A stretch of 64,000 nucleotides of DNA, from positions 992,001 to 1,056,000 of the forward strand of contig CM030334.1 in NCBI GenBank assembly GCA_017654855.1. The letters are read 5' to 3'. This DNA comes from Podospora anserina (Eukaryota). Each line of letters begins with the position of its first letter. Position 1 is the first letter of the stretch. The notes under the pieces were generated by a model that saw only the letters and a list, made by a program, of their open reading frames with translations, did not search any database and had not been told where the DNA came from. A program made the translations under genes and the position numbers. This document shows positions 36,401 to 49,107 of the stretch, one piece after another.

Positions 36401-37837
36401 GATCAGACAATGCCATCAGTTCAATTACATGCTTCAAATCAACTCTGTGGCTTCGTCAGCTAAATAGAACCTGTGTCCGCCACTGTTTCCACCTGTATCG
36501 AGTGCTCTTAACCTGTTAATCAACCCTGGCCATAACATCTTTGAGCAAGAGGTCTGCGAGTCCCGGCTCGGCTGGGATTGGTTTTGCACAGAATCTCTCG
36601 ACCGTGTTCTGATCTCAAGTACATTTTTACACATCAATCCCACGTCATATAGCCTTTCAAGAGTTTTGGGCTCCCTTCCTCGACTCTTCCACACACGGCA
36701 ATCCTTTGAACTGCCAATGCTGGCTCTTGTGGTAGAAGCGGCCCAGGCTACTCTGGGATTTGAGCGTGTAGGATGCGTGTTGTCCCTGGCAATGATGTGA
36801 CGGAAACATGTCGGTTGGTGGTCTTATTTCTTACAAGACATACGTTCTCTGTCGATACCCATCATCAATTCATCCCTGAACAGTTCGCCACTTGCAAGTT
36901 TGTTTTGTCGAGTCACTTTCGGCTGGTCTTGGTGCCATACTTACATGTTTGCGTCATGGAATAAAGACGTGACTAGGGAGGTCACACCAGATCAGCGTTG
37001 TCCGTTTCATCCCCATCGAGGGTGATGTATATGTGAGTAGATATTTTGAGCGGGAATGACTCGGTCATGAACCCTTTCATCTTCTGGTTTTGCCTCAAAG
37101 CTGTCGTGTGCTACGATGATCGGTCTGACGTCTAGCTCTCCTCGGCTTGACGCTGTGGTATCATGCTCCCCAATCGTGGCTCTTTCTGCTCGTACATGAC
37201 TGGACTGCTGTTACCTTGTCCTGTCTATTGTTGGCCGGCAATGAGTCAAAATACAGGGCATGTTATATTGCGGGAAGCTGGAACTGAATGATGTGATATT
37301 CGTAGATTCGTATATAGACGAACATTGTGTCAACATCTCCCAGAGGGTGTGAAGTTTGCGACCGGTTTCTTCCAACCTAGACAGAATCAAGGCTACAGCA
37401 GCGACAAAGCTCCGCCACAAACGCCCGGTAAGCCCGAGTGGAGGTAGACTCCTTCAAAGCCAGGAAAGCTATCCCTGGAATACCATTCCTTGGTCAGACA
37501 ATAGTGAGCTGCCAGTTGCTAGCACCACCCAAGCAAACAGCGCCTCCCTGTCATAATTCACCACCCCGATCCACCACGACGACCCAGTGAAAACCAAGCC
37601 AACAACCCCATTCCACCTCCCAGTCCTTCCCCACCTAGCCCACAGCTGTCTGGTCCAAACGCATCCATAAGTACTTTGGTCCCTTCCCGCCCTTTCCCCT
37701 GGGATTCTCCAGTTGAGCCACCAAACCAACCCACCACCCCCTGTCGTTGTCTCCGACTATCAAAGCGCAGGCAGGCCCCCTGTTCTTTCTTTTGAGTCCG
37801 TTTCCAAACGCCCTCAGTCCCATCCCAGCCCTGAAAA

Positions 37838-38891
37838 TGGATCACCAGCGCCAGCTCACCACCCTCCTCAACAACCTCTGGGACGCGCTCATAGTCCCCA
37901 ACGCCGCCTCCTCCGCTTATCCCTTTTCCGGCTTCCACTCCCTGCTTGAAGAGTTGGGTGTCTGGTCGTACGCCTGCGATCTCACGACTGGGGTGTTGAA
38001 GGTTTTTATTTCGGGGTAAGTGAAATCTGTCAGGTAATCGTGTCTGTTGTGCGTGTGGGATTGTGTATTCTTCATCAAAGGGGAAGGGGAGTTGGGTTGT
38101 CATTAAGGTCGAGAATAAAAAAGAGTTGCTGACTCTTCAGTAGTCTTGACACGGGTATTTCCCTTCCCCGTGCCAGGATGATTAGCGCTCGCTTCCCGCT
38201 CGCTTCGCCGCGGTGGGAGGGGGCTGCGGACGCTGCTGCGTTGGCGGTGGCGGTAGGGGTTTCGGGGAGGGGAAGGAGGATGCGGTTTGAGGAGGTGAGT
38301 TTCTCTTGTCAGGGCTGTTGTCAAAGGGGACACAGATTCCGGGTGGTTCAGCTTGTGTTGTGATCTGCGAGAGGAGACGTCTCGGTCAGGTGAATGGCCA
38401 TTCTCCCAGCACCTGAGCCTCTTCGTTGGTGAGAGCAAACAAATAGATGCGGTGATGCCTTGGACTTGGTTGTTAACACTAGTTGATGACAGGCAATCAA
38501 GCTGCTCATCGTCGCTAGGGTCAAGGAATTAGAGGGGAGGGTCCCGTCGCGTCGGGTCTCCTTCGCCGGGAGCGACGGCGAGAACATCTGGCATGATTTC
38601 GACAACCGGGAGGAGGCTCTGGCCGGTGATATGCGCGAGTTGAAGTTGGTCGAGGACGCCATGGATGTTGATAAGGAGAACAATTCTTGTTTCGTGGTGC
38701 GGGACAGGGCGCCGGTGAAGTCGCGTGAAGGCGGGGTTGAGAAGATGGAGGGTATAGTGCTGGCGTCCAAAGCGGCATCAGAGCCACGCAAGCACGAGAT
38801 ACAGCGACAGATCTTGTCGGCATATCATGACAGCACAGATGCTTTTTGCTGGGACGATAAGGAGTTGTGGGATGAGAGGTTTAGGCGGTGA
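37838..38891 (+). CDS. hypothetical multi-exon protein (structure uncertain)
   Basis: MDHQRQLTTLLNNLWDAL... exon ends at a GTAAGT donor (~38016). Further GTGAGT/GCTGAC splice signals and a terminal exon end at 38891. Confidence 0.35.
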
Positions 38892-39033
38892 TCTTTGGCG
38901 ATATAGAAATGAGTCACCGAGGGTCTGTCTCTGGAAGAAAAGCTCGGACTGTGAATACGAGACATTGACCCTAATTTGTAGTCTGTTTCCTTACTCGTTT
39001 ATCTTTCATGTTCCCACCCAAGAACATCCCCCT

Positions 39034-39903
39034 CTACCTCCTCTCTGGCCACTCTATCTCCCCAATCCCACACCCCCTCTCAACGCAAGCACTAACAGTA
39101 TGACAATACCTCACCTTCCCCCCCTCCACCCTAAAAAGATGGCTATCTGGCATCGGCGCCTGTCCCTGCGTCCTATCCAACCCAGGAAAACCCATAAAAA
39201 CATCCACCGCTCCCATCTCCTCATCAACCACATACCGTCTATACGGCACCTTGATCCCCCCCGGCATAACATGGATACAATCCTCCCCCTTCTTCGTCCC
39301 CCTAGCCGGCAATCCCCCCTCCAACCGATAGCAAGGCTCAGCATGCCACGGTACATCCCCCCTCCCCACATCCCCAAACCGATCAAAATACCAATCCCCC
39401 AGCTTCTGTATCTGTTCCCTCGATTCCCGCGCCGCCAGCGGAATAACATCCCACTTCTCCCCTTTATTCAGATCCAACGTCCCAGTCGCGTTAAAAAGCC
39501 AGTCCCCCTCGTCTGTAACCACCGATTCAATCAGGCTTATTCCCGTGACCGCTAGATTATCGGGTGTAGCCTGCCAGATAATCCGCGTGTGCAAAACATA
39601 CGGATGTTCCTGCGTAGCGGCAATGATCTCAGTGACGGAAGCGCACTGCTCGACATCGTGTATCGACCTGTGGAAGTCGGGATTGATGGGCACGGCGAGG
39701 GAGGAGTGGGAGAGGTCGCCGAGGACGGCGTTGTTTTCGATGTAGAGGAAGTTGGGGGCGGATCGGCCGAGGGTGGAGATGAAGGAGTGGTTTCCTACGG
39801 TTTGGGCTTCCACGTAGGCGGCGGTGAGGGCTTTCAGGAGGGAGCGGGGGCAGGAGGCGCGGGCTCCTAGGAGGAGGAGGGTTAGTGGGAGGAGGGACTT
39901 CAT
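39034..39903 (-). CDS. conserved secreted fungal protein of unknown function
   Basis: Signal peptide MKSLLPLTLLLLGARA; C.R..L....AY..AQ..G, YIENN, HPYV..T.I, D.GDWLFNA, C.RLEGG, RRYVVDE.MG.V, PDSHLFRVEGGK.RY.HT. Confidence 0.85.
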   Translation of the reverse strand: MKSLLPLTLLLLGARASCPRSLLKALTAAYVEAQTVGNHSFISTLGRSAPNFLYIENNAVLGDLSHSSLAVPINPDFHRSIHDVEQCASVTEIIAATQEHPYVLHTRIIWQATPDNLAVTGISLIESVVTDEGDWLFNATGTLDLNKGEKWDVIPLAARESREQIQKLGDWYFDRFGDVGRGDVPWHAEPCYRLEGGLPARGTKKGEDCIHVMPGGIKVPYRRYVVDEEMGAVDVFMGFPGLDRTQGQAPMPDSHLFRVEGGKVRYCHTVSACVERGCGIGEIEWPERR

Positions 39904-40662
39904 CGTGGTGGTGAGGAGGTTGGGTGGTGGAGGGTGAGGATTTGGGGCGAAAGAGATGTTGGGGGAAATATACATACTGCCATCATAACCGGCGGTGTCA
40001 CATCTGTCACCGAGTTGACACTCTTCGATTTCCAATGGTCATGGCTACGAGTCGCCTGGTACTGTTTGGCATTGAGTGCTGGATGTCGTCGTTCAACGGC
40101 TAAACAAGTTGGGGGAAAGTGTGATTGGGTGGTTCCCCTCAGCAATTACACGCGGGAAGGACCGAGTGTGTACCTGCATTCGACGGGTGCCACTTTTATT
40201 TCCAGTCACAATCCTCGGGTCAGACTTGAGTCTTCGTGCTCCATGCCATACTTCGCTCAGTCTTGTCAATGTCAATGTCACAATATTTATCACGGCAACT
40301 CAACGACTCCAGACTGGCTTTCCCAAATAGTGACTATTGAAGAAATATGAAAACTAGCTGTGGCTGTTGTACATGATAGAGGAAAAGAATGAAAACTAGC
40401 TATGGCTATTGTACAATAATAGTTACAGGAGATAAGAGATACGATGCCTGACAATTGCACTGAAGAGGATATCACTATTTACAACACATCCGGCACGCCT
40501 AACCTGGCCCAATCTTCTTCCAAGCCCACATCCTTTTCATCGCTCCGGCTGGTGGCCACCTGTGCCAATCTCCCTCCCTCTGTCCCTCCCTACCACCCCA
40601 CCACCGAAGCCCCTCATGGGTTTGTTGCCTCCGTGCGACATCTTTTCATCGTTCTCGTCGGC

Positions 40663-40663
40663 G

Positions 40664-40752
<89 letters not shown>
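40663..40752. repeat. (GTT)30 / (AAC)30 perfect microsatellite
   Basis: 90 uninterrupted nt. Confidence 0.98.
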
Positions 40753-41097
40753 CAACGTTTGGGACACGTTGAATCGGTTTGTCGAAGAACATTATGCAGC
40801 GAAAGGGACTCTTACCCCTCCACCTTCGCTCATGATTCCCATTCAACCAACCTGCCAGCCCAGCGACTCCTCTCAAGCCGAGATATGTCAAGGATGGCGG
40901 AACACTCATCCGTCTCTGGAAGATTGATGGTGATCCAGGGTTTCATGGGAAAGTTGTACACCTTGCCGTAGCTGCCGTCTCCTCAGCGAAACACGTGCTA
41001 AGGGTTGGGTGCGTCGGGCTTCTGGCGGACGGCTTGAAAGCAGATCGCCGCTACCTGGGTAACCGGCGACAGATTTCAGAATCCGGATCAGATGCCC

Positions 41098-41155
41098 TGT
41101 AGAGATATATACCACCCGGCCTACCCTGTGAGTAGGATGTCCTTTTGGTTCCACA
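41098..41155. repeat. 58-bp TG...CA mini-element, copy 1
   Basis: TGTAGAGATATATACCACCCGGCCTACCCTGTGAGTAGGATGTCCTTTTGGTTCCACA; flanks TGCCC / TACCC. Confidence 0.9.
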
Positions 41156-41321
41156 TACCCAAACGCACATCGACTCTATGATATCCCGTGAGTTTCGGAA
41201 CCCGTCGAAGAAGGGCTGGCTCTTGTTTTGCGAACGTTCGTGGCGTCATGTTGCGAGCGAGTGACAAAAGGCTTGACATTGTTGTTGGAACGCTGGTAGA
41301 TAGATCTGGTTAGGAAGAAGG

Positions 41322-42335
41322 TCATAGAACCAGCCTTGTTGTGTGTATGCCGCTCAAGCTAGCGGGAGTCTCTTCGATTCGTTCCGAAGCGACCTCGACA
41401 ATCAACGATTGCTTGGATGGCCGGGGCACTATGGGGTCTTGCGCTCGCTCGAAGGAGGCATCTGCAGGCGACTCGGCTTCTCGTCGCCTGACTATGGTCA
41501 CCAGGTCTCCGCTCGGAAACGACAAGACATCGCAGCTCGCTGCTGGACGAGACGAGAAACCAAAAGCCAGGAGGCGGAATTGATGATTTTGCCTGGCTCT
41601 GTCAAGACCAGCGTTCGGAAACGCACTCGCTGATTCTTCACATCCAGCCTGGTTGTACGTGGCAGGGCTGTTGTTGTGGCGAGCCAACGCGTTGGCTGTG
41701 CTGTTGGGGCCGTTATAAACTTGGCCCGTCAAGTTATCACGACGAATGGCGACTTGAGTATCGTGGTGAGGCGCAGTTTTGTTGACCTCGGCCAGCTCAA
41801 TGTTGCCGATGTATCGGGTGGCAAGGCGAGTGTTGGCGAACTTTGACTGTTTACGCTGAACAGTCAGACGATGGCCACGGAGGAGCATGCCAGCACGGTT
41901 GTTGATGGCATAAGTGGGGGTCTCCATCTTTTCAAACTCGACACCCCATAGCTATAGCTCCAACTGCTCAGAGACTGAGCGGCAGGTCGTACTGACGGAG
42001 AAAGTCCGTGTCATGGTCTGCGTCGTTGGCAGCCGAACGAATACGACCGTCAGCTGATCTTGTAGTTTGGTCCGTTCTCTTGATGAAGGCGCCTGCAAAC
42101 GACTGTAGTTGGCTTGACTGACTGGCGAAGCAGCTGCAGCCCTTCCAAGCGGCTTATATCGAGGTTCGACATTACCGCTGACGGAAACGGTAACGTAGAT
42201 AGAGCGGCGGCTCTGGTTGAAGGGACCCTGTGCTTGGATGCAATCGTGGGCTTCGCTGGGTTGCAAGGAGGAGAGACTCCAGACGATCGCGCTCGAAACC
42301 TCTCTGGTCGAATGGGAGACAGGGCCCAACAATAA
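41322..42335 (-). pseudogene. degenerate RRM-domain RNA-binding protein fragment
   Basis: RRSIYV...GN (RNP2-like), GVEFEK (RNP1-like), AINNRAGMLLRGHRLTVQRK (RRM helix2/beta4-like), interrupted by stops. Confidence 0.45.
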
Positions 42336-43095
42336 CGCGCTGCGTTGTTAGTCACGGTTAGCAAAATGAAATAACGTGGATGTGACGCCTTCAAAGAAAC
42401 CGGGTTTGGATAGAAGACTTTGCAAGGCTAGGCAGGACTCACACTTCACCAACAACGATGTGTACCACCAAACACCAAGACTCCATTCTCAACCATCCCC
42501 CAGAAGGGACCCACACTGTTCACCTCCCCAATGGCCGCTTCTTGACTCCGGGGTGTGACCAAAGGATTGGGAAGATGCCCAGGCAATGTTGTCCTCGATG
42601 AAGTCTCTCTTCGGCATCCACAGTCGCAATCACGAACTTCCCGGCAGTGCTGGGCTCACAGCCAGCGGCACCGATCACAGTCGGAGCAATTTCTCGCTGA
42701 CACCCTGGGCCACGACAACAGCGGGGCCCAAGATAGCGAGTGAGGCCACGCCTCCAGCGCCAAAGGTTGGGCTCTGTGGGCCGCTGACCGGTGATCACGT
42801 CGGATCAGAGGTATCGATGGACGAGATGATGATCCGGCCCCGCAAGGAGAGTCCCGTCACAAAGGAAGCCCGGCTCGATTGTGAACAGTCGCTCATTGCG
42901 TGCCTGAACGCCCAAGCGTAGAAGAGAAAAGAGATCAAGGCTTTGGTGGTTGTAGCATGATTAGAACTCCCCCGATGAGGTGTTGCTGAAAACATTCTTG
43001 ATGAAGTTTTCATCCATCCTATCGAGAGCCATTAGAAACAAGCTCAAGCTTGCCGAGCAAGACAATCCTGACCGACAGGAAGCGGTCATTGATAG

Positions 43096-43153
43096 TGTAG
43101 AGATATATACCACCCGGCCTACCCTGTGTGTAGGATGTCCTTTTGGTTCCACA
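43096..43153. repeat. 58-bp TG...CA mini-element, copy 2 (57/58 identical to copy 1)
   Basis: Direct repeat about 2.0 kb downstream of copy 1. Confidence 0.9.
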
Positions 43154-44753
43154 GGTCAAGACGATAGATGGCACGATGCCGAACAAGTCGACATGGAAGA
43201 AACGACCGGCAATGGATATGCCCCGACCGACCCATCGAATCCATGTACTCATACAGCTGGTCGAGAACATGTTCACCGTAGCCTGGTCGTGCCAGCTTGT
43301 TCGACTGAACACCATCGCCGTTAGCAAAATCATCGACACTCGGATCAAACAGGATGAAACTCACGCTAGGTAAGCCGGGACAGCTGGCTTGTGGGAAGTG
43401 TCTTGTGTCCTCCCCCCGGATGGGGGGGAACAATGCCAGAGTTGTAGAGGGACCTGCATAGGCCTGTTACCCACCGCCTCGAGCACCCAAATCAATCGAA
43501 CAATGTTCTCACCTATTTTCTACACTCATTGCATGTAGAAATTTCGACAGCAGCCGCAGTAACGATATGTCTAGATCTGGGTTGAGACGAACTAGTCAGC
43601 CAATTGGACGCGTTTGTTCGACCCAATAGTCGAATTGATGGGACGAGGGGTAGATGAAGCGACTTACAGGATAGGAATCGTCGATAATGATGCTAAGGAT
43701 GGTAAAGATGCAGTCATCCACCCTGGCTGCTTCTGGTTTTCCCGCGAGGACGGCTCCTGTGTCAGTCGAATGTTAGTTGTCGTCCAAACATAGATCGATG
43801 GAAAGGATCGGATGGTGCCGAGGTTGGAGGGACCATCGGACGAGGGTGTGCTGTGGGCAACAGGATCATAGGAGGAGGAGAAATGAGGAAGGGCAGATGG
43901 ATCTAAGAGGATGGGATAGCCGGGAGATGCGAATGCGCATACCTGTAGTTCTAACGGGTCTTGCTCGCAATGCTCGCAAGCAAGTGGTCGGTCACGTCGG
44001 CGGCCCGGAGGAGTTGGTGGAGGGCTTGGACGTTTTTGAGATAGGAGAGGAATGGCGAGAGAGATGGAAATAGAATTGATGGTAATGTCTACCCCTCGAT
44101 GTCTGCAGGGACTAGGTAGTCCAGGACCCCTCGCCTCCTCTCGAGGTGTGGCGGGGACTCGGCGGGCAAGGGGCTCTTCAACAACCGGGCATTCGGTCAA
44201 CACGGCTCCGAGTGTGCGATGGGGGGCAGGCATCCTCTCAAGCCGAGAGACTCAAGGGTGATTCAAGCACACCCAAGTATTCCTCCTCATTTACAATGAA
44301 TGCCTGATGAAGGTCTCTCAGATAAGAACGGTCTATACACATCTTCTCATCATAAAAACAAGCCATTCACTCGCATGTCATGTGAACAGCCACCTGAAAA
44401 CCTATGGACATGCCCGATTTCTCACTGTAATTTCTCGCTGTTGGATACTCCACGATTTCACTTCACACTGGGAGCTCTCATCACAATTCCCATCACGATA
44501 CGCATAATCACATCGCAGCATTCACAAATATCACCACTCGACCATCAAAACTTATGAAATATCCTGAATTTGAGCACACCAAAACACCAACCATCTAGGC
44601 CATGCATCTAAAGTACAAGATCCCCACAAAACGAAAGACAAACAAAAGAATAGTCAAAAACTATGTGCCCTTGCGAGCTGGTATCTATCTACTACACCCA
44701 TACACCACCGCCCCCCAAAAATATCAATCATGCCTCCCAAAACTTCACATCGC

Positions 44754-46331
44754 TCAGTGAATAGCAGACTGATTCCCATGCAACACCGGATTCACCCGAT
44801 CATCCCACTTAAACTTGAAATCATCCCCCAACTGCTTCCTGCACGCCGCCGTCACCGCCTCCCAAACATTAGCAAACACCCCGAAATTAGCCGGGTTTTC
44901 CTCATCATTCTCCCCGCCCTGGAAAACACCCGTCCTGACCAGGCAAGTGTTCCACCCGTACATGTTTCCCCCCACAATATCCGACGCCGGGTTGTCACCA
45001 ATCATGTAGATGTTCTCCGGGATCCTCTCCTCCCCATGAAGGACGTCCATCCACGAGGCGATCACCTCGTCGGCGTACTTGTACGTCGCCAGCTCGGGCT
45101 TGCCATAAACCACACGCTCCAGATCGACGCCCGTGTGGGCTTTGTACATGGCCTCGAGCCCGATGCGGAACGCGCCCTGCGACATGCGAGGGTGGGGGTG
45201 CTCGGTCGGGCAGAGGAAGTCGCCCTGGGAGAAGTAAATGGGGATCCGCTGGGAGACGGGGTCCTTGGCTACGGTGCCGAGCCGGCCATTCTCGCTGACA
45301 AGCAAATCCATGATGATCTGCATGTCAGTGGCATAGTCTCTCGAGTCGGAGAAGACCATGATGGCGTCAATGTTGACCTTGGAAAAGTCCCTCGGGCGGG
45401 CGGAGGCGCGCTCCTCGTCGGTGAAGACGCGGTAGGGGGCGATGGACTCGTCCCAGGCGACGATGTCGTTGGGGACGATGATGTCCTTGAAGCCGTACTG
45501 CTCGGCCACCTCGCGGCACTTGTACCCTTCACCGCCGACGACGAGGACGGTGTTGTAGTACTCGGCCAACGCGCGCATGGGGGTGTGCGACTGGATGAAC
45601 TGCTCCGTGTTGACGGGGTTCTGGAGGATCTTGGACAGCTGCTCTGTCCGGGCCAGCTCGGGCTTGCCGGAGCCGTTGGTGAGGAAGATGTGGGGGATCT
45701 TGATGCCGAGCTGGTTGTTGCCGTTGAGCATGTCGAGGACCATCTTGCCCTCGGGGATCAGGCGGTCACCGTGCACCAGGACACCGTCAATGTCAAAGAC
45801 AAAGGCCATGTTCTTGGCCAGCTTGACCTTGTCGGACTGGACGTCCTGGACCTGAGAAACCAGGATTTCTCTGGTGGGCTGGATTGGGGGCATGCCGGGA
45901 CGCTGGTTCTCCTTGGAGGCATTTCTCAGGGCCTCCTGGACATCGGGGAACGTGACGCTGCTCAAGCGAGACTGGCGCTTGGAGCGAGGGATGGGGAGGG
46001 CAGCACCGAACGAGTTGCGGGAAAGTCTCCGCTCCTTCTGCGATGGTGACACGGAGAGGTTGTGCATGTACTGGGAAGCATCGGCATCAGGCGACCTCAA
46101 GGCAGGCACCTCGATGGTGTTGTGCGAACCTGGCGAGGTTGGGATAGCCATCTTGTTCTCGACGCTGGCCCAACTGCCATCTCTCCTGTTGCCATTCTGG
46201 AAGTGCTTGCTCCAGCTCTCCGTCTTCTTGTGTGTGAACTTGCTCTTTGGCTTGCCGGGAGAGTCGGGGGGTGTCTGGATGGACTTGGAAAAGTCGACGT
46301 CCTTGAACGCTGGGCCTCCTGCTCCGGACAT
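44754..46331 (-). CDS. HAD-superfamily subfamily IIA hydrolase (CECR5/HDHD5-like), 525 aa
   Basis: Motif I FVFDIDGVL, motif II FLTNGSG, QSHTP, motif III YGKP, motif IV MIGDNPASDI.GGN.YGW. Confidence 0.93.
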   Translation of the reverse strand: MSGAGGPAFKDVDFSKSIQTPPDSPGKPKSKFTHKKTESWSKHFQNGNRRDGSWASVENKMAIPTSPGSHNTIEVPALRSPDADASQYMHNLSVSPSQKERRLSRNSFGAALPIPRSKRQSRLSSVTFPDVQEALRNASKENQRPGMPPIQPTREILVSQVQDVQSDKVKLAKNMAFVFDIDGVLVHGDRLIPEGKMVLDMLNGNNQLGIKIPHIFLTNGSGKPELARTEQLSKILQNPVNTEQFIQSHTPMRALAEYYNTVLVVGGEGYKCREVAEQYGFKDIIVPNDIVAWDESIAPYRVFTDEERASARPRDFSKVNIDAIMVFSDSRDYATDMQIIMDLLVSENGRLGTVAKDPVSQRIPIYFSQGDFLCPTEHPHPRMSQGAFRIGLEAMYKAHTGVDLERVVYGKPELATYKYADEVIASWMDVLHGEERIPENIYMIGDNPASDIVGGNMYGWNTCLVRTGVFQGGENDEENPANFGVFANVWEAVTAACRKQLGDDFKFKWDDRVNPVLHGNQSAIH

Positions 46332-47885
46332 GATGGGCGGTTCTGAAATTTAGTCGTAAGATGAACAAAGAAGATAGATGGTAGATGTGCTTTGCATCAG
46401 AGTATCTCTAAAAGGCTGTGGTGAAACGGTTGGATGGAGAGGTAGACAAGATGTCGGCAATACTGAAACAGACCAGCCAGCCGTTGGGGAGAAGGAGAAA
46501 GCTCTTATATCGCCTCTACGACTACGCTGTCCTCCATCCACACACCATCCTCGGCCGTCTGTTTCGATTTTCTCAACCGCGAGAACCGACCGGAGACGAT
46601 CGTCGAACGGCGCCATGCTCGGTCATCCCAAGCCAAAACCCACCAAGACGTGCTCCAGTATGACGTCGTAAATGGAGATGCAGGTGAAAACTCTTGAGGG
46701 GATCTCCACAGGGGTCCAGTGATGTAAGCTCTACGAGTGCCGAAGATGCGGTTTCTGAAACAGCGGAAGAAGACCCTGAGGACAGGATTGGCGCATTGTT
46801 GTCTTTTGATCGGATTTCCCGACTCGTACGACCAAGCCATGACAAGCGGGTCTTGTATCCAGAGCGTATCCAGATGTCGCCGCCCGACTGGTGGGTGGCT
46901 GAGGGTGGCCACTGATAAGAGGGGATCTCGGAGGTTTGGCAGACGTTGTTGATGGTTGTTTGATGCTGACAACCCTGCGTGTCCCTGTGTGTTCCCCGTA
47001 TCAATGTTGTCATTGACTCCATCGCCAGCTCCATAGAAACCCGCAAAAATCAGGCGGGACAGCAGCGGGGCGGTCGGCGGGGCCCGGATCCGTGCTGTTT
47101 TTGCCTCCGCGTCCCCGAACTTGATGTTAACGACCACGGCGCTCACGGCGGCCCCAAGAGCCGCGGCCAGGGTTCATGCCCGTAATTGTCCGTCCGGTGC
47201 GACCCAACCGCACGGAAAAATGGGGTTACACCGCTAGGGAAAGCTGAGGCTCCTTGCCGACATGACTCGGCTGCTTGCCGATCTCACCCCCCTCCATCAT
47301 TTGTCGGGTCAGTGGTGGGAGCTTGTGAGATAGTGGGAAGATGGTGGGAAGCCGGCGGTGAGAAGATGTGAGATGGTCCTGAGTGGCTGGAGTTTGGAAA
47401 AGTTCTAGCGTCGCCGCGGCACTGTCATGCATAATGCCACTCATGTCACTCTTGTCAACTGCTTGTTTCCTCGTGTCCAAGACTCCAAAACAAGGCCGTG
47501 TGGAGCCCGTTGGATGACCATGCGTCACTTTGTGGAACCACATTAGCTGGAGGTAGGGGTCAGCAGTCGCCTCAGACTCGGAATTCTGGACGTGTCACAG
47601 TGCAGTGTCAGCTTTCATCCGAACCAGCAAAAAAAAAAAAAAAGTTAAGGTATTGAAGGGTCGCTTGTAAGGCGAAAATTCGCGCACGTGGGTGGTTCCA
47701 AGTCTGCGGGATGGACTGTCGCTGATTGGGATTTATTATTGTGCGCTGTCCCCTGGACCGAGTTGGACTCAGGGGGTACATGTAACTTCTTGAGCTTTGT
47801 TCGTTTCTTTTACTGTCAACTGTCAACACTCAAAAAGATCATGGGAGAGTATCTGAGACCATCACCGACAACAACAACGACAACC

Positions 47886-48848
47886 ATGGCATCCAAGACA
47901 TACACCCTCAACAACGGCGTCAAGATCCCTGCAGTCGGCTTCGGCACCTTTGCCAACGAGGGAGCCAAAGGAGAAACCTACAGAGCCGTCATCAAGGCCC
48001 TCGAGGTGGGCTATCGACATCTCGACTGCGCGTGGTTCTACCTCAACGAAGACGAGGTTGGTGATGCAATCCAAGACTTCCTCGCCAAGAACCCTAGCGT
48101 AACGCGCAAGGACATTTTCATCTGCACCAAGGTCTGGAACCACCTCCACGAGCCCGAGGACGTCAAATGGAGCTTCCAAAACTCGTGCGAGAAGCTCAAG
48201 GTGGACTACATTGATCTCTTCCTCGTGCACTGGCCCATCGCCGCCGAGAAGAACCCAGATCACACCGTTAAGATCGGCCCGGATGGGAAATACGTCATCA
48301 ATAAGGAGCTGACCGAGAACCCGGAGCCAACATGGCGGGCGATGGAGGAGCTGGCCGACAGTGGCAAGGCGAGAGCCATTGGTGTGTCTAACTGGACGAT
48401 TCCACGTCTTGAGCAGCTTCTCAAGCTTGCGCGCATCAAGCCGGCTGTCAACCAGATCGAGATTCACCCCTTCCTCCCCAACACGGAGCTCATTGAGTTC
48501 TGCTTCAAGAACGACATCTTGCCAGCGGCCTATTCACCGCTCGGCTCGCAGAACCAGGTGCCATCAACAGGAGAGACTGTCAGGGAGAACGCGGCTCTCA
48601 ATGCGGTGGCAAAGCACAGCGGGCACAACCTCGCGCAGGTGTTACTTGCTTGGGGTCTTCGTAGGGGCTACATTGTGCTGCCCAAGAGTTCCACGCCGAG
48701 CCGCATCGAGAGCAACTTTCAGATTCCCGAGCTGACCGACAAGGAGTTCAATGCTATTGAGGATGTTGCGAGGGGACGGCATGTGCGGTTTGTGAATATG
48801 AAGGACACGTTTGGGTATGACCTGTGGCCTGGCGAGAAGGAGCAATGA
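47886..48848 (+). CDS. aldo/keto reductase (NADP-dependent, GCY1/glycerol dehydrogenase-like)
   Basis: LNNGVKIPAVGFGT, GYRHLDCAWFY.NE, IFICTKVW, DLFLVHWP, AIGVSNW, NQIEIHP, AYSPLG, LPKSSTPSRI. Confidence 0.95.
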   Translation: MASKTYTLNNGVKIPAVGFGTFANEGAKGETYRAVIKALEVGYRHLDCAWFYLNEDEVGDAIQDFLAKNPSVTRKDIFICTKVWNHLHEPEDVKWSFQNSCEKLKVDYIDLFLVHWPIAAEKNPDHTVKIGPDGKYVINKELTENPEPTWRAMEELADSGKARAIGVSNWTIPRLEQLLKLARIKPAVNQIEIHPFLPNTELIEFCFKNDILPAAYSPLGSQNQVPSTGETVRENAALNAVAKHSGHNLAQVLLAWGLRRGYIVLPKSSTPSRIESNFQIPELTDKEFNAIEDVARGRHVRFVNMKDTFGYDLWPGEKEQ

Positions 48849-49107
48849 TTGAACTGAGTATTTACGGTAGATACCTGGGAAGCTGAGGTTGGATTGTGGA
48901 AAGCGAATTGATTTTTTTTTTCGACCAAGAACTCACGACCAAGACCCTGTGCCGGGCCGAGGTCCCTTGAGGGGTCTAGCGGTCCCCTCAGCCTCCACGC
49001 ACTAAAGAAGGTAGTTCTGTCAACATCGTGCTGCCTCTCGCTCATTTCACTTTGTCAACTGCATCTTCCTCTCTTCTGCTCTCTCTCCTCTCCAGCACTC
49101 AACAAAC

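Noticed and set aside
42961-43310. Possible MFS transporter fragment (VNMFST...WVGRGISIAG) on the minus strand
   Set aside because: Resemblance too weak and short to call without a search.
44730-46049. 439-aa plus-strand ORF (similarly 57367-58527 on the minus strand and 28081-28770 on the plus strand)
   Set aside because: Antisense shadows of strongly codon-biased real genes.
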